This document shows, piece after piece, positions 1-10,239 of a DNA stretch of 64,000 bases (positions are counted from its first letter, which is position 1; the number at the start of each line of letters is the position of its first letter). The stretch comes from Pseudomonadota bacterium. Its GTDB lineage: Bacteria > Pseudomonadota > Gammaproteobacteria > Ga0077536. Location of the stretch: contig JAQCEL010000002.1 of the NCBI GenBank assembly GCA_027618655.1, positions 884-64,883 of the forward strand, given 5' to 3'. The translations under genes were made by a program, and so were the position numbers. The notes below the pieces were generated by a model. The model was not told where the DNA came from. It made no database searches and saw only the letters and a program-made list of their open reading frames with translations.

Positions 1-19
1 TAAAGCGCAATGTGTATTT

Positions 20-526
20 ATGGAGAAGAAGGAGAAACGTGTGAGTAGTGATATCGAAAAAAGACTACAGCATTTTGAAGATCAACTGGCCCTTAACAAA
101 CTCATCAATTCCTACCATTGGCGCGCTGATCACTTCGAATGGCAACAATGGTCGAATTGCTTTACAGAAGACGCAGAATTCGATTTCACGGGCGAGTTTG
201 GCACGATGTGTGGCCGCTCCAATATTCACGACATTTGCAAAGGCAACATGGATCACGTCTATGGCGCTATGCAACACGTGATCGTTAATCTTGATTTCGA
301 AGTAACGGGCGAAAATTCCGCGGTCGGGCATGGCAATTTAATTTTTACGGCCTTGCCAGATCCAGCACAACAGCATCTCAACTTTCAATCTGGCGGCCGC
401 TACAACTGGGAATTTAAACGTACCTCAGAAGGTTGGCGGATTTCCAAAGCACGTCTCGATTTTATTTGGACACGAGGCGAGAACGTGGGCGCGGTGTTTT
501 CCGAGCCGCAAGCTGCAACGGGATGA
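20..526 (+). CDS. SnoaL-like / NTF2-fold protein
   Basis: 168-aa ORF. Its size and N-terminal pattern (LALNKLINSYHWRADH..W..CFTEDAEFDF) resemble SnoaL_4/NTF2-like proteins. Family call is from memory only. Confidence 0.55.
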   Translation: MEKKEKRVSSDIEKRLQHFEDQLALNKLINSYHWRADHFEWQQWSNCFTEDAEFDFTGEFGTMCGRSNIHDICKGNMDHVYGAMQHVIVNLDFEVTGENSAVGHGNLIFTALPDPAQQHLNFQSGGRYNWEFKRTSEGWRISKARLDFIWTRGENVGAVFSEPQAATG

Positions 527-624
527 TCAGCTGCACCGCGATCGTGAGCTTGCTACTCACGAACGCGCGCACGGTTCCGACAAATTCAGCCCGGCTCGCC
601 TGCCGCGTCTAAGTTGCGATGCGA

Positions 625-1740
625 CTACGGACTCGATATCTCCACAATAAAACCGTCCGGTAACTCGCGCTTACCGGCGATGAAATCGCCGTTGATATCG
701 CTTACCCAGAGTTTTCCATGGACAAACTGGACACCGACCGGGTTAAAGAAGCCGCTTGCCACTTGCTCGGCCTTGCCGTCGCCGGTCAGTCGAAAAATCT
801 TGCCGTCGGCTTGTAATACTTGAGTCATCGGCACGGGCACTTCGTAACGACCAACATCGGCGAAAAATAGTTGGCCACCGAAGTCCCCGAAACCGGCCGG
901 CGCGAACGCCATACCCATCGGTTTGCCGGGTCCTTCAAATAGCGGTTTTGGGTCTATTGAACCATCCGCCGCGATCGCGACGATCGCGCCACGCGGCGGA
1001 TCGAGACTCGTAATGTCGAACACACCAACACTCACTGTTACCAACATTCTCTGGCCATCCGGCGTAAACGTAATCGTCGCTGGCGCGCTATAGCGCTTAC
1101 CGTCGAATACAACAAACGGGGTGCACTCGCCGGTCGCGTTCACTTGATAAATCGCGTCGTTGTAAATTGTGACAACGAACAATTTATTCGCGAATTGCGA
1201 GCCATTGGGTCCGAAACGCGCATCAAGTCCGAAGCCGGAGATTTTCTTTGCGCCAGCGTCCGGCAACGTACAAAAAATACTCGTGGCAAAGTCGCGCGCG
1301 GGCTCTATTCGCTGTACGACGTGATTCGACAACGCGCCGGGCATCGCGACCTTAGGCTGCGCCAAGCTGAAGACCTGCCCCGCATAGCTTCCAAAGCCGT
1401 CTGGCGCAATATCGAATCCTACGGTAGGTAGCAACTTACCAATGTCGGCGAGGATCGAGATTTCACCTTGCGGGCTAATTGATAACAAGCGGCTGCCTTT
1501 ATCTTTTTCCTCACCGCCGTCATCGTTCAGCCAGGTTGCTTCGCCCATCGGCAGCAAAATTAACGGATCGTAGAGTTTGCCTGGCGCGATCAATAAGTGT
1601 GCCGATAAACCTTTGGCCATTTGGATAGTCGGGGGCGCAAGCAGTTTGTCGACAACTGCCAGTGGGTCGGCCTTAGCAAGGCTCACAACAAGACTTAAGA
1701 CTAGAAAATTCAATAACAGTAGGTGTCTTCGATAGTTCAT
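625..1740 (-). CDS. secreted hypothetical protein, probable beta-propeller fold
   Basis: 371-aa ORF with an N-terminal signal peptide (LLLLNFLVLSLVVSLAKA). The Gly/Asp-rich repetitive strand pattern is propeller-like. No catalytic motif recognised. Confidence 0.5.
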   Translation of the reverse strand: MNYRRHLLLLNFLVLSLVVSLAKADPLAVVDKLLAPPTIQMAKGLSAHLLIAPGKLYDPLILLPMGEATWLNDDGGEEKDKGSRLLSISPQGEISILADIGKLLPTVGFDIAPDGFGSYAGQVFSLAQPKVAMPGALSNHVVQRIEPARDFATSIFCTLPDAGAKKISGFGLDARFGPNGSQFANKLFVVTIYNDAIYQVNATGECTPFVVFDGKRYSAPATITFTPDGQRMLVTVSVGVFDITSLDPPRGAIVAIAADGSIDPKPLFEGPGKPMGMAFAPAGFGDFGGQLFFADVGRYEVPVPMTQVLQADGKIFRLTGDGKAEQVASGFFNPVGVQFVHGKLWVSDINGDFIAGKRELPDGFIVEISSP

Positions 1741-2112
1741 AGTTGTTCTCCGACCAAGCTTAAGGTATCTAAATTTAGCTTAGCGCCGGGATTCTGCCAT
1801 CCGATTTAGGAATTGCGCTGTCAACGACACTCAGTGCCCATCGAATAACCGTCCGACCTCTAGAATTTACCCGCGCTCGCGCAGGAATGCCCGCAGTGTA
1901 GCAACGAGGGATGGATGGGTCGCCCGAAATTTAGGAGTCGGCATGCCTATCTGGCATCGAACGCCTGCTACCCTGAGCGCGACACATGACCTCTAGATGT
2001 TGGTCGAGGCGCAACATTTTTTGAGCAGTGTACGAGAATCCTTTACCCTCTGCCGCGCAAAGCGATCGTTTATCGACCTGCTTGTCGGCGCAACACCAAG
2101 GAGAGCATGCGA

Positions 2113-2875
2113 ATGTCAGAAGTCCTAGTCGAATACGCTAAAGGGACTGATCGTGATCACCATCAACCGACCTGATCAGCGCAATGCCGTCAACCGGACG
2201 GTCTCTCATGGCGTCGCCGCAGCGATTGATGAGCTGGATTCTCGCGATGATCTAAGAGTCGGCATCCTCACCGGCGCTGGTGGAACGTTCTGCGCGGGCA
2301 TGGACCTAAAAGCGTTTTTACGCGGTGAGGCGATCCGGGTCGAAGGTCGCGGCCTCATGGGGATCGCTTTCACGCCACCGCGCAAACCTTTGATCGCTGC
2401 TGTCGAAGGATATGCCTTGGCGGGCGGTTTCGAAGCCATGCTGGTCTGTGATCTGGCGGTCGCCGCTCGGGACGCACAGTTTGGCATTCCGGAGGCAAAG
2501 CGCGGTCTCGTGGCAGCGGCCGGTGGTTTATTGCGTCTACCACGCTTAATTCCGCCGCGCATCGCCATGGAGCTTGCGCTGACCGGCGACATGATCAGCG
2601 CCCAACGCGCGGCGCAGTATGGCTTAGTCAACTTAGTAACCGAACCCGGTGAGGCGCTCACGGAAGCAAAGAAACTCGCCGCACGAATAATTTGCAATGC
2701 GCCTTTGTCCGTCGCGGCAAGTAAACGAGTCATTAACGAATAAAGTGATTGGTCGATAGACGAACGCTTTGAACGCCAGCGAGAAATAACTGACCCGGTA
2801 AACGCGTCTGCCGACGCGCGCGAGGGTTCTGCCGCTTTCGCTGAAAAGCGTCCAGCAAAATGGCAAGGCGTTTAA
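2113..2875 (+). pseudogene. enoyl-CoA hydratase/crotonase family gene, disrupted by one frame shift and one in-frame TAA
   Basis: AGGAG at 2099-2103 and ATG at 2113 open MSEVLVEYAKGTDR..., which stops at 2173-2175. The crotonase core (ITINRPDQRNAVN, FCAGMDLK, AAVEGYALAGG) runs in the next frame, 2153-2740. A TAA at 2741-2743 is followed in the same frame by the conserved C-terminus SDWSIDERFERQ..DAREGSAAFAEKRPAKWQGV, ending at 2873-2875. Confidence 0.7.
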
Positions 2876-2935
2876 GGCCACAACACCAGGGGATGATAAG
2901 TATCAGCACCTGTCCACCTAGAGGATTCAAGCCGC

Positions 2936-4102
2936 ATGATCCCACGCACAATTTTTAGTCCTGAACACGATCTCTTTCGAACATCGGTACGACGGTTCAT
3001 CAACGAACACGTGACCCCGTTTCACGCGGATTGGGAAAAGGCGGGAAGAGTGCCGCGCGAATTGTGGCAGAAAGCGGGAGAGCTTGGCTTGCTATGCTGC
3101 AACGTGCCCGAGCAGTACGGCGGTATGGGTGGAGATTTTCTCTACAGCACGATCTTGATCGAAGAATTTGCGGCCGCTGGCGCCACGGGGCCGACGTTCT
3201 ATTTGCACTCGGACATCATCGCGCCTTACTTGGTCGATTTCGGGACCGAAGAACAAAAACAAAAATGGCTGCCGATGATGGCGCGCGGCGAACTGGTCGT
3301 CACGCTCGGCATGAGCGAACCGTCTGGCGGCAGCGATGTACAAGCAATGCGCACACAAGCGATTCGAGATGGCGACGACTATGTGGTGAATGGACAGAAA
3401 GTTTTTATCACGAATGGCCATGCGGCCGATCTGCTATTACTTGCCTGCAAAACCGATCCGAGCGCACGTGCAAAAGGCGTGAGCCTTATTTTCGTTGAAA
3501 CTGATCGCCCTGGGTTCACACGCGGGCGCATGCTGGAAAAGCTTGGCTGCAAGGCGCAAGACACCTCGGAACTGTTCTTTTCTGATGTCCGAGTGCCGAT
3601 TGAAAATTTACTCGGCGAAGAAGGCGCTGGTTTCGCGCAATTGATCACGCAGCTCGCCCAAGAGCGTTTGATTCAGGCGATCCGCGCAGTCGCGAGTGCC
3701 GAAGCGGCTTTGCAATGGACCTTAGACTACGTGGCAGAAAGAGAAATGTTCGGCCATACCTTGGCAGATTTTCAAAACACACGCTTTCAACTCGCGGAAC
3801 TCCATGCAGAAATTCTCGCGCAAAGAGTGTTTGTCGACCGCTGCACGGAACTCCACGTGCGCGGCGAATTCGATCCAACTGACGCGGCGGGGGCGAAACT
3901 ACTCACGACGGAATTGCAAGGCAAGGTCATGGACAAATGCTTACAATTTTTCGGCGGCTGGGGCTACATGTGGGAGTATCCCATCACCCGTGCTTTTGCC
4001 GACGCGCGCATGACGCGTATTGGTGGCGGTACGGTCGAAGTGATGAAACAGATCATCGCCAACAGCTTGCTGCCGAAGCGGCCCAGTCGTAAACCCTCGT
4101 AG
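2936..4102 (+). CDS. acyl-CoA dehydrogenase
   Basis: 388 aa with typical ACAD blocks (GMSEPSGGSDV, ITNG, a C-terminal ARMTRIGGGT-type block). Confidence 0.9.
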   Translation: MIPRTIFSPEHDLFRTSVRRFINEHVTPFHADWEKAGRVPRELWQKAGELGLLCCNVPEQYGGMGGDFLYSTILIEEFAAAGATGPTFYLHSDIIAPYLVDFGTEEQKQKWLPMMARGELVVTLGMSEPSGGSDVQAMRTQAIRDGDDYVVNGQKVFITNGHAADLLLLACKTDPSARAKGVSLIFVETDRPGFTRGRMLEKLGCKAQDTSELFFSDVRVPIENLLGEEGAGFAQLITQLAQERLIQAIRAVASAEAALQWTLDYVAEREMFGHTLADFQNTRFQLAELHAEILAQRVFVDRCTELHVRGEFDPTDAAGAKLLTTELQGKVMDKCLQFFGGWGYMWEYPITRAFADARMTRIGGGTVEVMKQIIANSLLPKRPSRKPS

Positions 4103-4220
4103 AGGCGAGCAAACCCAGAAATTGTTTGGCGCGCAGTCTCGATAATGTTAGAACTCGCCGCGGCATTTCGCGTACTTTAGATATTTAATCGAACCTTCGA
4201 CTCGCTTATTAGGAGCAGCC

Positions 4221-5477
4221 ATGACCCCGTCTTTGCCACGCAAGAAAATGCTAGCGGGAGTAAAAGTTCTCGACTTTACTCAATATCTCGCTGGCCCGGC
4301 GGCTACCCGCCTCCTCGCCGATTTCGGTGCCGATGTGATTAAAATCGAACGTACGCCAGACGGCGATCACGGCCGCAAAATACATTACGTCGCACCAGGT
4401 ATTAGTGGATTCTTTCTCGCTGCGTGCGCAGGGAAAAAGAGTCTCGCAATCGAATTCGCGAGCGATCAGGGTCGCAAAATCATCCACGATTTGGTCCGCG
4501 AAGTCGATGTGGTGATCGAGAACTACAGCCCCGGGGTGATGGCAAAGTACGGGTTCGATTATGAGTCACTCAAAGCAATCAATCCGCAACTGATCATGAG
4601 TTCAATATCGGGCTTCGGCCAGGAAGGCCCGTCATCGAAATTGCCAAGTTTCGATATTATCGCGCAAGCGCAAAGCGGCATGATGGCCATGACAGGCGAT
4701 CCTGATGGGCCGCCACAGTACGTCGGCAACTACATCGGCGATCCGAACGCGGGTGTGCACAGCGCGCTCGCGGTTTGCGCAGCGTTATATCAACGCGCGA
4801 TGGATGGCGAAGGACAATATATCGACGTCTCGCAACTTGAGTCCCTGGTGTATCTCGACTACGTTAACTTCCCCGTCTCAATGATGACTAACGGGCGCAT
4901 CGCTCCACGACGCTTTGGCGGCGATTTTTATTCGATTTGCCCTTATGGGACGTACCGCTCTAAGGAGGGCTACATCGTATTTGCGGTCGCCGAGCACCAG
5001 TGGCGCGCGTTAGTAAACGCCATGGGTATGCCAGAGCTCGAGCACGATGAACGTTATGCCACGCAAGAAGCGCGTTGTGCGCGGCGGCCAGAAGTGAGGA
5101 CCTATATCGAACACTGGCTACAAACCTTTGCTGACGACAGCGAACCGCTCAGAATTTTAGCCGAAGCGCGAGTCCCGTCCGCGCCAATCCTCGAAATTGC
5201 TGAAGTCCCGCATCACCAACAAATTAAAGCGCGCGCATTATTTCAAGATGTGCCGCACCCACAATTAGGCACAACGCCGATTGCGCGATCGCCTTTTCAA
5301 ATGTCTACCATGGAAGTCACCGTGCCGTTTCGTGCGCCCTACCTTGGCGAACACAACGAAGAAATATTGCGCGAAACCTTAGGCTACAGTGAGGATCAGC
5401 TTGCTAAGCTCTACACTGATGGGACCATCGTTCAGGATCCACAAGTTGCGGGCTTGCGCCACGCGGGTAAGTTGTAA
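4221..5477 (+). CDS. family III CoA-transferase (CaiB/BaiF type)
   Basis: 418 aa. The N-terminal VKVLDFTQYLAGPAATRLLADFGADVIKIE motif is characteristic of the family. Confidence 0.85.
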   Translation: MTPSLPRKKMLAGVKVLDFTQYLAGPAATRLLADFGADVIKIERTPDGDHGRKIHYVAPGISGFFLAACAGKKSLAIEFASDQGRKIIHDLVREVDVVIENYSPGVMAKYGFDYESLKAINPQLIMSSISGFGQEGPSSKLPSFDIIAQAQSGMMAMTGDPDGPPQYVGNYIGDPNAGVHSALAVCAALYQRAMDGEGQYIDVSQLESLVYLDYVNFPVSMMTNGRIAPRRFGGDFYSICPYGTYRSKEGYIVFAVAEHQWRALVNAMGMPELEHDERYATQEARCARRPEVRTYIEHWLQTFADDSEPLRILAEARVPSAPILEIAEVPHHQQIKARALFQDVPHPQLGTTPIARSPFQMSTMEVTVPFRAPYLGEHNEEILRETLGYSEDQLAKLYTDGTIVQDPQVAGLRHAGKL

Positions 5478-5521
5478 ACCGTCGAAACGTTTCAGTCATT
5501 GCGCGGCACGTAGTTGTCCGC

Positions 5522-6289
5522 TTACACCGGCACTAGCATCAGCTCGGCGAGTCTTTGTCGTTCTTGCGGGCCAAATTTCAGCGCTCGACTGAGATAGCCG
5601 TTGAATTCCCCATAGTGTTCGTCGATTGCGTTTAGGCTCGCGAGAAGATATCCCGCTGGTGCTGCCATAATGGCCTCAATCGCGTCTGGTTTAGCGCGAG
5701 GATCGAATATGTCCAGATTGTCCATCGCGACTTTCGTCATTTCGAAATCGACCACAACTTCCTCAACTGAGACACCTAAGGCGAGCAGGATAAAGGCCGC
5801 CACAAGACCCGTGCGGTCTTTGCCGAAACTGCAATGAATAAAGTGCGGCATGCGCTCATGCTCAAGCAGAAAATGGAGCACCTCACTAAATTCTGCCGTG
5901 TGCTCAAATGGGATCCGCGCATAGTTGCTGCGCATCAGTTCGAACGCTGCGGCGCCGTCAGCCCCGAGTTCGTTCACGCCGTGAAACATCTCAATCGATC
6001 CCTGCGGCAGAAATCCACACGCGTGTATTTCCGGCGGTTCGTGAAGCGGTAGACGATCCGGTGCTTTCGCTCGTTCGTCTTCGCTACGCAAATCCACGAT
6101 GCTCCGGATCCCGAGCGCGCTAAAGCGTTCGAGATCCGCATCACTCAATCCGACCAGGCCGTCGCCGCGGTAGATCACACCGAAACGAGTGATCGCACGA
6201 TTGCCCACCGGTATGCCACCCAGATCGCGGACATTCACTGCGCCCTCAAATCGAACGGCGCGTTCTGTTCGTTGTTCAATCATTATCAA
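5522..6289 (-). CDS. protein-tyrosine phosphatase-like protein (Y_phosphatase3-like)
   Basis: 255 aa with the C(X)5R signature HCSFGKDRTG and an N-terminal NVRDLGG motif. Confidence 0.7.
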   Translation of the reverse strand: MIMIEQRTERAVRFEGAVNVRDLGGIPVGNRAITRFGVIYRGDGLVGLSDADLERFSALGIRSIVDLRSEDERAKAPDRLPLHEPPEIHACGFLPQGSIEMFHGVNELGADGAAAFELMRSNYARIPFEHTAEFSEVLHFLLEHERMPHFIHCSFGKDRTGLVAAFILLALGVSVEEVVVDFEMTKVAMDNLDIFDPRAKPDAIEAIMAAPAGYLLASLNAIDEHYGEFNGYLSRALKFGPQERQRLAELMLVPV

Positions 6290-6422
6290 ATTTCGCCAGT
6301 CATACTTAACTTTCCACCCAGTCGGCTACGGATTGATGGCATTTTAGGTTTGCGCGCTTAGGTTCACATTCTACAACGATGCCGAGTACACTGAGCGCAC
6401 AAACCTTGCCGAGGGAAAGTCG

Positions 6423-7745
6423 ATGTCGTTCCGCCAAACGTTGCTGATGAGTGCACTGATTTTCGTCAGCTTACCGGGACTCGCGGCAGATCTGACTAGC
6501 GCGGTGAAAGCGGATTACGACAGTTATCTAGCGCCTTTGTTTGATCACTTCCACCGCAATCCAGAATTGTCACTCGTGGAATTTGAAACCGCAGCACGGA
6601 TGGCGAAAGAACTCCGCGACGCTGGATTCGACGTCACCGAAAAGGTCGGGGGCACTGGTGTCATTGCGCTACTCAAAAATGGCCCGGGCCCCTTAGTCAT
6701 GATGCGGGCAGACATGGACGGCCTGCCGATCGAAGAAAAATCCGGACTCGCTTATGCCTCCACCAAGCAGCAGCAAAGTCCTATCACTGAGCAACCAGTC
6801 CACACCATGCATGCGTGTGGGCACGACGTGCATATTACGAGTCTGGTTGGCACCGCGCGGCAGATGGTCGCGCGTAAAGATGAGTGGGCTGGTACCTTAA
6901 TGCTACTCGTGCAACCCGGCGAAGAACGTTTGATTGGTGCAAAAACGATGATGGCGGACAAACTGTGGGAGCGCTTTGGCAAACCGGACTATGCCCTGGC
7001 TTTTCACGTCGGCGCGAATCGCGAAGAGGGTTTTGTGAACGTCTCAGAAGGGAGTCCGTTCGCTGGCGCGGATACGGTTGATATCACGATCCATGGAGTT
7101 GGGACGCACGGCGCGAGTCCTCATCAAGGTAAAGATCCTATCGTGCTTGGCGCACAAATCGTGATGGCGCTACAAACCCTAGTATCACGTGAACTATCAC
7201 CACGCGATCCCGGTGTCGTCACGGTTGGATCATTTCACGCAGGCACCAAGCACAACATTATTTCCGACCAGGCAGTGCTGCAATTGACGGTGCGCAACAC
7301 GTCTCCTGAGACTCGCGAATTGCTCCTCAAGGGCATTAAACGAATCGCGGAAAATATGGGTCGGGTCGCCGGGATGCCAGAGGACAAGTTGCCGGAAGTG
7401 GTCGTTTCAGACGAAAGTGTGCCACCAACCGTGAACGATGCGGAACTCACGCGACGTTTAAAATCTGCGTGGGCGGCTAAGCTCGGCGCATCGCAGGTCA
7501 TCGACATTCCGACGAAAGGCATGGGGGCGGAAGATTTTCCGTTTTTCACCACCGATCCAGCCATCCGCAGCGTTTATTGGACGGTCGGCGGCACGTCAGC
7601 AGAAGATATTGCGCGCGAAGCGGCCGGCGGAGCACCTGTCCCGAGCCATCATTCACCGCTGTTTAAGATCAATCCGGAACCATCAGTGCGCACCGGTGTT
7701 GAATCGACCGTAATCGCGTTAATGGAATTGATGCACAAACCCTAG
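6423..7745 (+). CDS. M20D-family amidohydrolase (hippurate-hydrolase-like), secreted
   Basis: 440 aa with signal peptide MSALIFVSLPGLAA, the MHACGHD metal-binding motif and an M20 dimerisation region. Confidence 0.85.
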   Translation: MSFRQTLLMSALIFVSLPGLAADLTSAVKADYDSYLAPLFDHFHRNPELSLVEFETAARMAKELRDAGFDVTEKVGGTGVIALLKNGPGPLVMMRADMDGLPIEEKSGLAYASTKQQQSPITEQPVHTMHACGHDVHITSLVGTARQMVARKDEWAGTLMLLVQPGEERLIGAKTMMADKLWERFGKPDYALAFHVGANREEGFVNVSEGSPFAGADTVDITIHGVGTHGASPHQGKDPIVLGAQIVMALQTLVSRELSPRDPGVVTVGSFHAGTKHNIISDQAVLQLTVRNTSPETRELLLKGIKRIAENMGRVAGMPEDKLPEVVVSDESVPPTVNDAELTRRLKSAWAAKLGASQVIDIPTKGMGAEDFPFFTTDPAIRSVYWTVGGTSAEDIAREAAGGAPVPSHHSPLFKINPEPSVRTGVESTVIALMELMHKP

Positions 7746-7812
7746 GTTTGCGCTACAAAACGGCAATCAATGAACTTAGCAACTTAATCTATCGTCCGAT
7801 CTAGGAGCCTCC

Positions 7813-9000
7813 ATGGCGCAATCACTCACACACATTGCAGATGACATTCTTAATGCAACCGTCTCGCGCGCTGGCGGGGCACCCGGGGTCGTCGCGATGG
7901 CGACTAATAAAACGGGAAACTATTACGAAGGCGCGGCCGGGGTGCGCGAACTCGGGCAGGCGCAAGCGATGACCAAGGATTCCGTGATGCTTCTCGCCTC
8001 GTGCACGAAAGCGCTAACCGGTGTCGCTTTGATGCAGCTCGTCGAGGAAGGCAAGGTATCGCTCGACGATGTGGCACGTGACTACGCGCCTGAAATCGGC
8101 AAGTTTGAAGTGCTTGAAGGATTCGACTCGAACGGCGAACCGCGCACGCGTAAGCCAAGAACCGAGATCACCTTGAATCACCTAATGCTGCATACGTCCG
8201 GCATGTGTTATGACTTTTTCAGCGAAGATTTATTACGCTACCGCACTGCGCGGAACGTTCCATCGATTCTTTCTTGCACGTTCGCGGCCGTTCAAGATGT
8301 CTTACTGCATGACCCTGGCGAGCGTTGGACTTACGGCTGTGGTATCGATTGGGTCGGCCGAGTGGTCGAGGAATTGCGCGGCAAGCGCCTCGGCGACGTA
8401 CTGGCAGAGCGCGTGTTTGCGCCGCTCGAAATGACGGACACGGCGTTTAATATGAGCGAGGTGATGCGTGCGCGACTCGCGACCATTCACCTGCGCAGCC
8501 CCGACGGTACCCTTACCCCGAATCCCGATATGCGTTTGCCGCAGCCGCCCGAAATGGATATGGGCGGTCACGGTCTCTATGGCACGATCGGCGACTACAT
8601 GAAGTTCATCCGCATGATCTTGAACGATGGTAACGGCCCGCAAGGTCGGGTGCTCAAAGCTCAAACGGTTGAGCAAATGGCTCGCAATGGCCTCGGGGAT
8701 CTCAAATCCGGCGCCTGGACAAGCTCGAATCCACAGCTCGCCAATAGCGGAGATTTCTTTCCCGGTTTAGCGAAATCATGGTCGTATACGTTTCAAGTGA
8801 ACGATGCACCGGCTCCGACCGGCCGACCGGCGGGACAGCTGTCATGGGCGGGACTCGCTAATACGTATTACTGGATCGATCGTTTAAACGGCATTGGCGG
8901 CATGTGGAGTTCGCAAATTCTACCGTTTCAGGATATCGGTTCTTATCCGGGCTATGTCGAATTCGAGTCGGCCGTGTACCGGGAATTAGATAGCCCTTAG
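7813..9000 (+). CDS. beta-lactamase-fold serine hydrolase (esterase/amidase-like)
   Basis: 395 aa with the S-x-x-K motif (ASCTKAL). Length is typical of class C-like esterases. Confidence 0.8.
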   Translation: MAQSLTHIADDILNATVSRAGGAPGVVAMATNKTGNYYEGAAGVRELGQAQAMTKDSVMLLASCTKALTGVALMQLVEEGKVSLDDVARDYAPEIGKFEVLEGFDSNGEPRTRKPRTEITLNHLMLHTSGMCYDFFSEDLLRYRTARNVPSILSCTFAAVQDVLLHDPGERWTYGCGIDWVGRVVEELRGKRLGDVLAERVFAPLEMTDTAFNMSEVMRARLATIHLRSPDGTLTPNPDMRLPQPPEMDMGGHGLYGTIGDYMKFIRMILNDGNGPQGRVLKAQTVEQMARNGLGDLKSGAWTSSNPQLANSGDFFPGLAKSWSYTFQVNDAPAPTGRPAGQLSWAGLANTYYWIDRLNGIGGMWSSQILPFQDIGSYPGYVEFESAVYRELDSP

Positions 9001-9049
9001 CTCGGTTGCGATCAGGCGATGCGTGATCGCGCTGGGCGAGTCGGCCATT

Positions 9050-9550
9050 TTAAACAGCGCTATTCGTATTGAGATCCCAGCCGAAACTAAAACTCTCGCC
9101 GGCGCTGTTAGCCGCGCCAGGATCGGTCGCGGCATATTGAAAGAATTCGTAGTTAATTTTGCTGAACGTGAGAATCAAACGCTCGCGAAAAAAATTCTCT
9201 TCAGCCTCGCCGTCGGTCCGCACTGAGCTGATAATCACATCTTCCATCACAATTGATAAATATTTCTGTGCCGACTCGCGCTTGCCAACCACTGGCATAA
9301 CACTGATCTCCACTGCTGAAATCGGCGTTTTCTCGGCGAATAATTTCAGCACAGCCGCGCTTTCTTTGCCGAGGGCCTTCAAGACTGTAATTTGGTTCAT
9401 GTTCTCGCACTGAAGTGAATCCGCGGCTGATTTCTGCGACGAATGCTCGAGGTTCCAGTTCCACGACAACATATCGGCCCAACCTTTATGTTGGTAATTG
9501 CGCGAACCGCCGACGACGCCGTCGATTCTCAAAAACATCTCTAAAGCCAT
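9050..9550 (-). CDS. hcp: type VI secretion tube protein Hcp
   Basis: 166 aa starting at the ATG at 9550, preceded by AGGAA. MALEMFLRIDGVVGGSRNYQHKGWADMLSWNWNL matches the Hcp N-terminal consensus (MA.dMFlk..g..GeS....Hkg.i.vlsfsW). The C-terminal ...FGWDL.. also fits. The tracked 220-aa ORF is an upstream read-through of this gene. Confidence 0.75.
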   Translation of the reverse strand: MALEMFLRIDGVVGGSRNYQHKGWADMLSWNWNLEHSSQKSAADSLQCENMNQITVLKALGKESAAVLKLFAEKTPISAVEISVMPVVGKRESAQKYLSIVMEDVIISSVRTDGEAEENFFRERLILTFSKINYEFFQYAATDPGAANSAGESFSFGWDLNTNSAV

Positions 9551-9812
9551 GATTATTCCTTGCGATGAAGCGTGGCTAGCGGTGGCCCAATGGTGGGAAC
9601 CGAACGACCTCCTTGTGGGTGGTCGCGGTGCATAGTCCGAGAAGGCGGCCAAGAAAGGTGAAAAATGCTGATTCGAGAAGCTGAATCGGCCAACGATATG
9701 CCCGCTCAGCATAGCCTAGTTCGAACGTTCACATGTAACTATCGACCTTCGCGGTTAATCGCAACGCTCGGCCGGTGCGCTATCCGTCATTTGGAGATAC
9801 AAATCTCTCCGG

Positions 9813-10217
9813 CTATTGCTTGCCCACCTTAAAGACGTCATCTACGCGGATTTGCATCGTGGTGACTAATCCATTTGTGGAATGCGCCATGCCGATGACG
9901 GACATCAACTCGGCGTATTGCGGGTCTGTCATACCCTTGGATCTGGCCGCGGCGGTATGCGAATGGATGCAGTATTCGCACTTATTGGCGACTGATACGG
10001 CAATATAGATAAGCTCCTTGGTCAACGGATCGAGCGCACCCGGCGCCATCACTTCCTTAATCCCTTCCCATGTGCGGCGCAATTGATCGGGATTATTGGC
10101 TAATCCTTTCCAAAAATTATTGATGAAATCGGTCTTTCTGACGGCACGAATTTCATCGTAAATTGCACGGACTTCAGGTGGGGCCGCGTCGTACTCGACG
10201 AGTTCTACGGTCGCCAT
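9813..10217 (-). CDS. carboxymuconolactone decarboxylase family (AhpD-like) protein
   Basis: 134 aa from the ATG at 10217 (MATVELVEYD). Carries the AhpD-like CxxC/His motif CEYCIHSHTAAA. Confidence 0.8.
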   Translation of the reverse strand: MATVELVEYDAAPPEVRAIYDEIRAVRKTDFINNFWKGLANNPDQLRRTWEGIKEVMAPGALDPLTKELIYIAVSVANKCEYCIHSHTAAARSKGMTDPQYAELMSVIGMAHSTNGLVTTMQIRVDDVFKVGKQ

Positions 10218-10239
10218 GATGACTCCTAAGATTCGGAAT

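Noticed and set aside
2206-2733. Long antisense or alternative-frame ORFs overlapping strongly conserved genes (for example 2206..2733-, 35963..36487+, 37620..38300+, 44199..44690+, 55276..55779+, 57001..57498+, 58126..58557+, 60306..60794+).
   Set aside because: Each lies inside or opposite a gene with clear family motifs. Their translations are Arg/Ser/Pro/Ala-rich low-complexity strings, as expected from off-frame reading of moderately GC-rich coding DNA. None has an SD or a recognisable motif.
9551-9712. A 54-codon N-terminal extension of Hcp in the tracked 220-aa ORF.
   Set aside because: The Hcp consensus starts exactly at MALEMF (ATG at 9550), which has AGGAA upstream. The extension has no homology-like features.
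9551-9812. A sigma-54 (-24/-12) promoter upstream of hcp.
   Set aside because: The TGGC-containing candidates (for example TGGCCGATTCAGCTT on the minus strand) have the wrong GG-to-GC spacing. No convincing match was found.
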